Below are positions 8,987 through 16,776 of a stretch of DNA of 45,034 nucleotides, one piece after another (positions within the stretch are counted from its first letter, which is position 1; each line of letters starts with the position of its first letter). The notes beneath the pieces were generated by a model. It was given only the letters and a program-made list of their open reading frames with translations. It was not told the origin of the DNA and did no database searches. The position numbers were made by a program, and so were the translations under genes. This DNA is from Ardenticatenales bacterium (GTDB lineage Bacteria > Chloroflexota > Anaerolineae > Epilineales > Epilineaceae), in contig JBDTSC010000001.1 in NCBI GenBank assembly GCA_039931375.1, positions 1-45,034 of the forward strand, written 5' to 3'.

Positions 8987-10244
8987 CGAAGCGACGATCG
9001 ACGTCCAGGGCGGCGACGGCGGCAACGGGGCCGTCGCGTTTCGGCGCGAGAAGTACGTGCCGCGCGGCGGGCCGAACGGCGGGCACGGCGGGCGCGGCGG
9101 GGACGTCGTGTTCGTGGCGGACGAGGGGCTGAACTCGCTCTACAAGTTCCGCTTCACGCAGCGCTACGCCGGGGAGCGCGGCGGCCACGGCGGCGGGAGC
9201 GACCGCCATGGCAAGAACGGCGCGGACCTCATGATCACCGTGCCGTGCGGCACGATCGTCTGGGACGCGGAGTTCGGCGACCTGATCGGCGATCTCGTCG
9301 TCAAGGGCCAGACGCTCGTCGTCGCCAAGGGCGGGCGCGGCGGCCGCGGCAACAGCGCCTTCAAGAGCGCGACCCACCAGGCGCCGCGCGTCGCGGAGAA
9401 GGGCGAGCCGGGCCCGCTCCGACGCATCCGGCTCGAGCTGCGTCTTATCGCGGACGTCGGGCTGATCGGGTTGCCGAACGCCGGCAAGAGCACGCTCCTG
9501 GCGACGGTGACGGCCGCCGAGCCGAAGATCGCCGACTACCCGTTCACGACGCTCGTGCCGAACCTCGGCGTCGCCGACATCGGCTATGACACGATCGTCC
9601 TGGCGGACATCCCAGGCCTGATCGAGGGCGCCAGCGAGGGCGCGGGCCTCGGCGATCGCTTCCTGCGCCATGTCGAGCGGACGCGCCTCTTGGTGCACCT
9701 GGTCGATGGGAGCGCCGCGGATCCCGCCGCCGACTTCCGGACGATCAACGCCGAGCTCGAGGCGTTCAGCCCCGCCCTGGCGGCGCGCCCGCAGATCGTC
9801 GTGATCACGAAGCTCGACCTGCCCGAGGTCGCCGAGCGCGTGCCCGAGTTGACCGCGGCGCTCGCGGACGCCGGCGCCAGCGACCTCCATGCGATCAGCG
9901 CCGCGACAACGCTCGGCGTCGACGATCTGCTACGACACGTGCATCGCCTGGTGCGCGCGCTGCCGCCGCCCGAGATCGAGGCGCCGGCCATCCCGGTGCT
10001 GCGCCCCGGCGCGGTCGACGAGCACGCGTTCAACATCCGCCGCGACGAGGACGGCGTATGGCTCGTGGCGGGCACCCGCGTCGAGCGCGCGGCCGCGATG
10101 ACGGACTGGTTCAACGACGACGCGATCCGGCGCTTCCAGCGCATCCTCCAGTCGGACGGCGTGCTGGACGTCCTGCGCGGCCACGGCGTCGTGGAGGGCG
10201 ACATGGTGCGGTTCGGCGCCGTCGAGCTGGAGTGGACGGACTGA
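8976..10244 (+). CDS. obg: GTPase Obg/CgtA
   Basis: GTG start with GAGG RBS. Glycine-rich Obg fold ([41 protein letters not shown]), G1 [9 protein letters not shown], G3 DIPGLIEGA, and a C-terminal OCT-type domain. Confidence 0.95.
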   Translation: [422 protein letters not shown]

Positions 10245-10248
10245 CGCC

Positions 10249-10896
10249 GTGCAGATCGGCATCTTCGGCGGCAGCTTCGATCCGGTGCACATCGGCCACC
10301 TGTTGACGGCCGACGCCGTGTTCGATGGCCTGTCGCTCGATCAGCTGTGGTTCGTGCCCGCACAGCGCTCGCCGTTGAAAGACCATGGGCCGCGCGCCAC
10401 GGACGCGGACCGCGTGGCGATGCTGAGCACGGCGATCGCCGGCGACGACCGCTTTGGCGTGGACCGCATCGACCTCGACCGCCCGGCGCCCAGCTACACG
10501 GTCGATACGCTCCGGCTGCTGGCCGAGGCGCATCCGGACGCCCAGCTGACGTTCGTCGTCGGCCTCGACAGCTTCCTCGATCTGCCCCGCTGGCGGGACC
10601 CCGCCGGCATCGCCGCGCTGGCCCGCGTGGCCGTCGTCGACCGCCCCGGCTACGCCGTCAGCGCCGCCGAGCGCGACGCGCGGGTGGCGGACGTCGTGGC
10701 CAAGCTGCCGGCGCTCGATGGCCGCTGGACGTTCGTCGACGCGCCGCTCGTGGACGTCTCCGCGACGGACATCCGCCAGCGGACGGCCGGCGGACGCTCG
10801 ATCCGTTGGCGGGTGCCCGACGCGGTCGCCGCCTACATCGCCGCCGCCGGACTCTATCGGACCGCCGAACCCGCCGGCGCCGCGGCCGGGCGATGA
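10249..10896 (+). CDS. nadD: Nicotinate-nucleotide adenylyltransferase
   Basis: GTG start. (M)QIGIFGGSFDPVHIGHL contains the (H/T)xGH nucleotidyltransferase motif. SYTVDTL and the ISATDIR-like ending are typical of NadD. Confidence 0.9.
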   Translation: MQIGIFGGSFDPVHIGHLLTADAVFDGLSLDQLWFVPAQRSPLKDHGPRATDADRVAMLSTAIAGDDRFGVDRIDLDRPAPSYTVDTLRLLAEAHPDAQLTFVVGLDSFLDLPRWRDPAGIAALARVAVVDRPGYAVSAAERDARVADVVAKLPALDGRWTFVDAPLVDVSATDIRQRTAGGRSIRWRVPDAVAAYIAAAGLYRTAEPAGAAAGR

Positions 10897-11966
10897 CGAT
10901 GCGGCTGCTGGTCGCGACGACGAACCCGGGCAAGGTTCGCGAGCTGCGGGCGATCCTGGCCGACCTCGGGATCGACGCGATCCTGCCCGGCGACGTCGGT
11001 CTTGACCTGGACGTCGTCGAGGACGGCGCGACGTTCGAGGCCAACGCGGTCCTCAAGGCGCTCGCGTTTGCCGACGCCGCAGACATGCCCGCGTTGGCGG
11101 ACGATTCGGGTCTCGAGGTCGACGCGCTCGGCGGCGAGCCCGGCGTGCACTCCGCCCGCTGGGCGCCGGGAAGCGACGAGGATCGCGTCGTCGCGCTGCT
11201 GGCACGCTTGGATGCGGTGCCGCCAGAGCGACGGTCGGCGCGCTTCCGGACCGTCGCCGCCTTAGCGGTGCCGGGACGCGTCATCGCGACCGCCGCCGGC
11301 GCCGTGGAGGGTCGCATCGCGGCCGCGCCGGTGGGAGAGGGAGGGTTCGGATACGATCCGGTGTTTTTGGTCGAGGATGGCGGTCTCGATGGCACGCGCA
11401 CGATGGCCGAACTCGACGCGGCGACCAAGAACGATCTCAGCCACCGCGCGAGGGCCGTCGCGGGTCTCGGGGACGCGATCGGACGTCTGGTCGCCACATC
11501 GTCGACGCCCACCGTTAGGACAGGAGCCGGCGCTTCGCCAGCTCTCGCGATCCGACCCTTTCGGCCCACGGACGAGGACGCCGTCGTCTCGCTGTGGCGG
11601 CGCTGCGGTCTGACGCGGCCGTCAAACGACCCGCGCAAGGACATCGCCCGCAAGTCGAAGGTGCAGGCCGAGTGGTTCCTCGTCGGCACGCTCGACGAGA
11701 CGATCGTGGCCACGGTCATGGCGGGCTACGACGGCCATCGCGGCTGGCTCTACTATGTCGGCGTCGACCCCACCCACCGAGGCCGCGGCATCGGCCGGGC
11801 GATGCTCGTGGACGTCGAGCGCCGGATGCGCGCTCTGGGCTGTCCGAAGATCAACCTGCAGGTCCGCACCGGCAACGACGACGCGATGGCGTTCTATCGC
11901 GCGCTCGGCTACGCCGTGGACGACGTCATCGGCATGGGCAAGCGGCTGATCGACGACCAGGCCTGA
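10893..11966 (+). CDS. rdgB: Fusion protein: RdgB/HAM1 non-canonical purine NTP pyrophosphatase (aa 1-200) + YpeA-like GNAT acetyltransferase (aa 217-357)
   Basis: The ATG overlaps the nadD stop (ATGA). N-half: LVATTNPGKVRE, DDSGLEVDALGGEPGVHSARW, GFGYDPVF, KNDLSHRARA. C-half: WRRCGLTRPSNDPRKDI...VMAGYDGHRGWLYYVGVDP.HRGRGIG...LGCPKINLQVR..N....FYRALGY......MGKRLIDD, which I recall as close to E. coli YpeA. There is no stop or in-frame start between the halves. Confidence 0.8.
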   Translation: MTMRLLVATTNPGKVRELRAILADLGIDAILPGDVGLDLDVVEDGATFEANAVLKALAFADAADMPALADDSGLEVDALGGEPGVHSARWAPGSDEDRVVALLARLDAVPPERRSARFRTVAALAVPGRVIATAAGAVEGRIAAAPVGEGGFGYDPVFLVEDGGLDGTRTMAELDAATKNDLSHRARAVAGLGDAIGRLVATSSTPTVRTGAGASPALAIRPFRPTDEDAVVSLWRRCGLTRPSNDPRKDIARKSKVQAEWFLVGTLDETIVATVMAGYDGHRGWLYYVGVDPTHRGRGIGRAMLVDVERRMRALGCPKINLQVRTGNDDAMAFYRALGYAVDDVIGMGKRLIDDQA

Positions 11967-11976
11967 GGCCGCGGCC

Positions 11977-12010
11977 GGCCGCGCTCACGACCCGGCCGCG
12001 CTCACGACCC
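11977..12010. repeat. Perfect 17-nt tandem duplication GGCCGCGCTCACGACCC x2 at a convergent gene junction
   Basis: Units at 11977-11993 and 11994-12010. The second unit carries the stop codon (12002-12004, minus strand) of the nucleotidyltransferase gene. Confidence 0.7.
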
Positions 12011-13357
12011 GGCCACGGCCCGCATCCGCTCCGCCCGCGACAGCGCGCCGACGTCGATCGGGCAGTCGCGCACGGCGTACGCGCCCGACTCGAGGAGCGC
12101 CATCTTGCCCGGCGCGAGGTCGCGGTCCAGGACCACCCCGGCGCCGACGATGCTGTTCGGTCCGATCTTGCGGCCCGGCAGGAGCACGGCGTTGCAGCCG
12201 GTACGGCAGTCGTCCGCCATGACGATCCCAAAGTAGTTGCGGCCGGTGCTGACCGCCTCCGCGCCGACCGCGACCCGAATCGGACCCTCGTCGAAGCGCA
12301 GGTTCGCCGTGATCGTCCCGGCGCCGAACGAGCAGTTGTCGCCGACGATCGAATCGCCGACGTAGTTCATGTGGGTCCAGGTGTGGTCGCCGAAGACGCT
12401 GTGGCTGATCTCGGTCCGAAACCCGACCACACAGTGCGCCCCGAGGCTCACCCCGCCCCGCACCAGCGCCCCGTTGCCGACGATGCAGCCGGGGCCAAGG
12501 TACGCCGGCCCGCGGATCACGGCGTGTTCGAACACGCGTACGCCCGCGGACAGCACGACGTCGCCGTCAATCACGGCCAGCTCGGAGACGCGCGCCGCCG
12601 GATCGATGAAGCGGCGGGCATGGCGCTCGAACAGCTGATCGCTGAGCGCCAACACGTCCCATGGGTGCTTGAACGACGCGAACGGACCATCGTACGGCAG
12701 CCAATCCGATCGGCCGCCCGCGATGAGGCCGCTGTAAGCGCGTTCGAAGGCGTCGTCCGCGGGGCCGTCGGGCGTGGCGTCCAGGGCGGGCCAGATCGCC
12801 GCGCTGAGCCCGTAGACCCCGACGACGGCGACGTCGCTCGGGGCGGCATCCCGCGCGGGCTTCTCCTCCACGCCGGCCAGACGACGATGCCCGCTCGCGT
12901 CCCCAGCATCCGCGTCGTCGGCGAAACGCATGATGCCGAACCGCTCCGGCTCGGCCGTGCGCCGACCGACCAGGACGACATCGTTGCCGGCGGACAGCCG
13001 CGCCGCGACGTCTCCCAGCACGGTCGGGTCGTACAGATCGTTGGCGTTGAGGACCAGCACCGCACCGTCGCCCGCCGCGCCGCGCGCCGATCGCAGCGCG
13101 TCCGCTTGGCCGCGCGGCGTGGACTGCGTCGCGTATGACAGCCGCACGCCAAAGGCGTCCGCGCCCAGCGCGGCCCGGATGCCGCCTTCGGCCGGTCCGG
13201 TCACGATGACCGCGTCCCCGACGCCCGCTGCCGCCAGCGCCTCGAGCACCCAGCCGATCAGCGGCTTGCCGTGCAGCGCGAACAACGCCTTGGGGCGCGT
13301 GATGCCGAGGGGGTGGCTGCGGTTGCCGGCGCCGCCGGCGAGGATGATCGCGCGCAT
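12002..13357 (-). CDS. Sugar-1-phosphate nucleotidyltransferase with C-terminal left-handed beta-helix (GlmU / archaeal bifunctional type)
   Basis: MRAIILAGGAGNRSHPLGITRPKALF is the G-x-G-x-R NTP-transferase signature. The C-terminal half is full of hexapeptide repeats (VIDGDVVLSAGVRVFEHAVIRGPAYLGPGCIVGNGALVRGGVSLG...). GAGG RBS. Confidence 0.8.
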   Translation of the reverse strand: MRAIILAGGAGNRSHPLGITRPKALFALHGKPLIGWVLEALAAAGVGDAVIVTGPAEGGIRAALGADAFGVRLSYATQSTPRGQADALRSARGAAGDGAVLVLNANDLYDPTVLGDVAARLSAGNDVVLVGRRTAEPERFGIMRFADDADAGDASGHRRLAGVEEKPARDAAPSDVAVVGVYGLSAAIWPALDATPDGPADDAFERAYSGLIAGGRSDWLPYDGPFASFKHPWDVLALSDQLFERHARRFIDPAARVSELAVIDGDVVLSAGVRVFEHAVIRGPAYLGPGCIVGNGALVRGGVSLGAHCVVGFRTEISHSVFGDHTWTHMNYVGDSIVGDNCSFGAGTITANLRFDEGPIRVAVGAEAVSTGRNYFGIVMADDCRTGCNAVLLPGRKIGPNSIVGAGVVLDRDLAPGKMALLESGAYAVRDCPIDVGALSRAERMRAVAGS

Positions 13358-13375
13358 CGGGTGCCTCGCTCCGTG

Positions 13376-13417
13376 TTCCGTCCATGGGGTGGGTGTTTCC
13401 GTCCACGGGGTGGGTGT
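13376..13417. repeat. Two tandem 21-nt units TTCCGTCCA(T/C)GGGGTGGGTGT directly upstream of the nucleotidyltransferase RBS
   Basis: Units at 13376-13396 and 13397-13417 differ at one base. They begin 18 nt from the start codon (13357, minus strand). Each unit contains a CCGTCCAYGG partial palindrome. Confidence 0.7.
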
Positions 13418-13476
13418 CCTCGCGGTCGTTTCGATGCTCGGCCTTTCGCGCGTCGGGCCGCGGCGGTCGACCAGGG

Positions 13477-14601
13477 CTACCGCCCGCAGCGCAGCGCCGC
13501 CACCGCATCGTGCATCACATCGTCCAGCCGGTTCGCGTCGCCGGACGCGATCAGACCAGGCGCGCGGTCGGCGATCGCACGCAGCAACGACTGGTTGGGC
13601 CCAGGCCCCAGGCCGATCGCCCAGATCCGAACGTGTGCCGCGCGCGCGACGCGCGCCGCCTCGAGCACGGGCCCGTCACCGCCCGGGCCGATCTGTACGC
13701 CGTCCGTCAGCAAGAGGATGGCCCGCTGTCGTATGCCGGACGGATCCCCCGCGCGGAGGAGTTCGACCGCGACGGACAACGCGCGATCGATCCGGGTGCC
13801 CTGTCGCATCTCGAGGCCGCTCAATGCCGCCGCCACCTGCGACCGATCGTTGGTCAGCGGCGCTAGCACATCGACCTGGCTGTCGAAGCCGAGCACGGCG
13901 ACCCGATCGATCGCCGGATCGAGCTGTTGCATGAAACCGGTCGCCTGGCGGACGGCGTCGGACAAGCCGCCGCCGTCCATGCTGGCGGAGCGATCGATGA
14001 CCAACGCCAAGTCGGTCGGTCGGCTGGCCGCCGGGCAGCCGGGCGATGCGGTGTATGGCAGGTAGATGGGCTGCGGGCGCTCCTCGGGCAGCGAACCGCA
14101 CGCGGCGACGACGAGCGTGGCGGGGGTGAGAGGCGTCGTCCAGATCGCGCCGGTGCGGTCCGTGATCTCGACGCTGGCGCCGCCCAACTCGTAAACGCCC
14201 GGCTGAATCGGCTCGATGATGTGGCCGATCTCGATGTGCGCGGCCGATTGGGTCGGCAGATCCGTCGACCAGTGCGTCAGCTGGCCCGGGTCCGTTTGAC
14301 ACTGCTCGCTGCCGGCGACGGAGACGATGCCCGGCGGCAGATCATGGCTGACCCGAAGGTGGCGGATCGCCCCGGCATCCGCTCCATCCCCGCAGATGGG
14401 GTCGATCACGAGGCGGACCTCGACGTGTTCCTGGGCGCAGACGAGCTTGTGAACGAGCACCACCCGGCCGGTGGCGCGACAATACGCGCCGTCCTGCGAC
14501 GGATGCGGCGCATCGGCCCTTAGCGTTGGCGGGCGCGGCGGCAGCAGGCTGGCCGCCATCGCAACAGCAACCGCAACCCATGCCACCAGCACCCGCCGCA
14601 T
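13477..14601 (-). CDS. Secreted VWA-domain protein (N-terminal Cys-containing beta-rich domain + C-terminal VWA)
   Basis: The ATG (14599-14601) overlaps the anti-sigma stop as ATGA. Signal/TM MRRVLVAWVAVAVAMAASLL. MIDAS LALVIDRSASMDG. ILLLTDGVQ. Confidence 0.8.
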   Translation of the reverse strand: MRRVLVAWVAVAVAMAASLLPPRPPTLRADAPHPSQDGAYCRATGRVVLVHKLVCAQEHVEVRLVIDPICGDGADAGAIRHLRVSHDLPPGIVSVAGSEQCQTDPGQLTHWSTDLPTQSAAHIEIGHIIEPIQPGVYELGGASVEITDRTGAIWTTPLTPATLVVAACGSLPEERPQPIYLPYTASPGCPAASRPTDLALVIDRSASMDGGGLSDAVRQATGFMQQLDPAIDRVAVLGFDSQVDVLAPLTNDRSQVAAALSGLEMRQGTRIDRALSVAVELLRAGDPSGIRQRAILLLTDGVQIGPGGDGPVLEAARVARAAHVRIWAIGLGPGPNQSLLRAIADRAPGLIASGDANRLDDVMHDAVAALRCGR

Positions 14602-15920
14602 CACGGCCCGACCTGGCTTAGGGGCGGTTCGGGTCCGCCCGCGGACGGCGCGTCGACGGGCGTCGCATCGGGGGTCGGCGATCCGCCCAATGGCGCGGAG
14701 GGCGGGGTCGGGGTCGGTATCGGGCACATCGGATGGATCCGCACCTCGAACGATAGGTTGTCCGCCTCTGATAGGACGGCTTCACCGCCGCTCGTCGGAC
14801 AATACGTCCAATCACCTTCCCGCGTCGCCCCGTCCCCCAAGATGCGGACGATCGCGACGAGGGGCCATTGGTCCGCGGCAACGCAGACCGGGAGTTCGAC
14901 GATCAACTCCCCTCGCGAGATGTAGTGTGCGTCCGCCGCTTCGATGGTCTGCTCGAACACCAGCGCGTCCGGCTGCGCCTGGGAATAGTAGCCGATCTGA
15001 AGCGCCGGCATCGCCGCTCCCGACGCAGCCAGCGCGTCACGATCGCGCCCATCGAACGCACCATCGCATCCCGCGCACGCGCCGTCGCCAGCCACGTCCG
15101 CGAACACCCGCACCGTCAACGTGACGGGCGCGCCGGTGCACTCGCCCCGACCGACGGTGGCGGTCGCGGCCGCGACAAGGGCGGTGGGCTGAGCCGTGGC
15201 GACGTGCGGGCGGTGGGCCGGGCGAGCTTCGGTGGTGGGCGTGCCGGACGGCGCGCGCGGCACTCCGGCGCCCCCATCGTCTTCGGGCGGGTTTGACGTG
15301 ATGCCAGCGCCGCGGTCGCGCGGCTCTCGACCCGGCGGGGACGAGCGGCCCGGCGAGCGGCCGGGGGACGTGGCGCCCGTCGCCGGCCGCGCGATAGAAT
15401 CGGTATCCGCATCGGTAGCGGCATCGAGCGCCGGCTGGCGACGGAGGTCGACCGGTCGCAGCCGCAGGACGGCCGTCGCGATCGCGTCGCTTCGCGGCGC
15501 AAGTGCCAGCCGTACATCGCTCGATGGGTCAGCGCCGCCTCGCTCGCCCGGGGCGCCGGCGTCGACGAGCGGCGACGTACCAGCGGGGATTCGATCGTTC
15601 GCGCCATCGACCTGGGCCCGCCACAAGCCCCATGATGTGACGGCCGTCGCGGCGGCCAACAACAGCCAAACCCACCGCTCGGCGAGCAACGGCGCGAGGC
15701 CAATGGACGCCGCCGACGGCAGCGCGAGGAGCCGCGACTCAAGACCGACGGGTGGTTCATGGATCGGCATCGCGCGCAGCTGGGAAAGCATGAGCTGCTC
15801 GTCGGCCAGCGCGGCGACGCACGCGGGGCACCGCGCGATGTGGGCGGCGACCGCGGCGTCCGTCGCCGCGTCCAGCGCAGCGCCCTCGGATCGCAGCACG
15901 CGCACCTCGATGCACCTCAT
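14601..15920 (-). CDS. Membrane anti-sigma factor, zinc-binding (ZAS-type HxxxCxxC) with large extracytoplasmic domain
   Basis: N-terminus has HIARCPAC. Single TM WVWLLLAAATAVTSWGLW. Pro/Gly/Arg-rich linker, then a domain with an SdrD-B-like VFADVAGDGACAGCDGAFDGRD motif and a PT-rich tail. The start overlaps the sigma gene stop (ATGA). Confidence 0.7.
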   Translation of the reverse strand: MRCIEVRVLRSEGAALDAATDAAVAAHIARCPACVAALADEQLMLSQLRAMPIHEPPVGLESRLLALPSAASIGLAPLLAERWVWLLLAAATAVTSWGLWRAQVDGANDRIPAGTSPLVDAGAPGERGGADPSSDVRLALAPRSDAIATAVLRLRPVDLRRQPALDAATDADTDSIARPATGATSPGRSPGRSSPPGREPRDRGAGITSNPPEDDGGAGVPRAPSGTPTTEARPAHRPHVATAQPTALVAAATATVGRGECTGAPVTLTVRVFADVAGDGACAGCDGAFDGRDRDALAASGAAMPALQIGYYSQAQPDALVFEQTIEAADAHYISRGELIVELPVCVAADQWPLVAIVRILGDGATREGDWTYCPTSGGEAVLSEADNLSFEVRIHPMCPIPTPTPPSAPLGGSPTPDATPVDAPSAGGPEPPLSQVGP

Positions 15921-16474
15921 GAGCCGAGCCCCTTGAGCGCGACCGCCAGCGCTTCGCGGGCCCGCTGCCGACGCTTGCGGGCCGCCTCGGGCTTGATGCC
16001 GAGCGCCTCGGCCACCTCGGGCGCGGTCAGCTCGGCGAACTCGAACAAGTTGATGATGACGCGATGGTGCGGCGCGATCGACGCCATCGCCGCCTCGATG
16101 GACAGGCGACCGAGGCGATCCTCTTCGTTCTCGACATCCGCGCGGAGTGAGGGCGCGAGGCCGAGCATCTCGGCCGGCCGGCGCCGACGCCGGCGCAGCT
16201 CGTCCGTGGCTGCGTTCGTCGCGATCCGGTACAGCCAGGCACGGAAGTTCGCGTCGCGCGGCAAGCGGCGCAGCGCGCGATACGCGCGCAGGTACGCTTC
16301 TTGCGTGACATCCTCGGCCAGCGAAGCATCCCAGACGATCCGATAGACGTAATTGTAGATCGCGCGGTGCTGTGCCCGCACCAACTCGGCGTAGACGGAC
16401 TCCGCCTCGGCTGGGCTCAGCCGACCCGTGTCCGCCACGTCTATCGCCCCATTGGGAAGGGTAATCGACATCAT
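15917..16474 (-). CDS. ECF (group 4) RNA polymerase sigma-70 family factor
   Basis: Start at MMSITLPNG (ATG complement of 16472-16474). Region 2 DVTQEAYLRAYRAL...FRAWLYRIATN, region 4 LFEFAELTAPEVAEALGIKPEAARKRRQRAREAL. Confidence 0.85.
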   Translation of the reverse strand: MMSITLPNGAIDVADTGRLSPAEAESVYAELVRAQHRAIYNYVYRIVWDASLAEDVTQEAYLRAYRALRRLPRDANFRAWLYRIATNAATDELRRRRRRPAEMLGLAPSLRADVENEEDRLGRLSIEAAMASIAPHHRVIINLFEFAELTAPEVAEALGIKPEAARKRRQRAREALAVALKGLGS

Positions 16475-16603
16475 CGCCCTGTTGGAACGCGCGTCGTCCA
16501 GCTTGCGTGACCTCCCGGATTGAGCGTCACGCGCCAGATGCCGCCCCGGCGCCCCGGGCGAGCGCCCCAAGCGTTCCGTGAATGCGGTCGGAGTGGCATA
16601 GGT

Positions 16604-16629
16604 AACGGAAATGATAGCATGCCGGTTCA
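16604..16629 (-). promoter_or_regulatory. ECF-type promoter candidate TGAACC-N16-CGTT (minus strand) for the sigma/anti-sigma/VWA operon
   Basis: The plus strand reads AACG(16604-16607)-16 nt-GGTTCA(16624-16629), about 130 nt upstream of the sigma start at 16474. Identical in motif and spacing to the plus-strand copy 54 nt away. Confidence 0.4.
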
Positions 16630-16682
16630 GCCGTCGTTTTGCGGCGGCGACCTCTGCCAATCCATTCTCCGTTGCCCAGGCT

Positions 16683-16708
16683 TGAACCAAGCTCCACCGT
16701 ACGCCGTT
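16683..16708 (+). promoter_or_regulatory. ECF-type promoter candidate TGAACC-N16-CGTT (plus strand) for the tandem sigma operon
   Basis: TGAACC 16683-16688, CGTT 16705-16708, 69 nt upstream of the ATG at 16777. Confidence 0.4.
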
Positions 16709-16776
16709 GGATAGGGATACGGGTTGCGTGGCCGGCGGGAGAGACGGCGGCCGCGTTCGAGAGAGGTGTCCAAACC

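Noticed and set aside
16520-16714. 64-aa ORF in the sigma-sigma intergenic spacer.
   Set aside because: There is no RBS, the composition is implausible, and it overlaps both candidate promoters. More likely non-coding.
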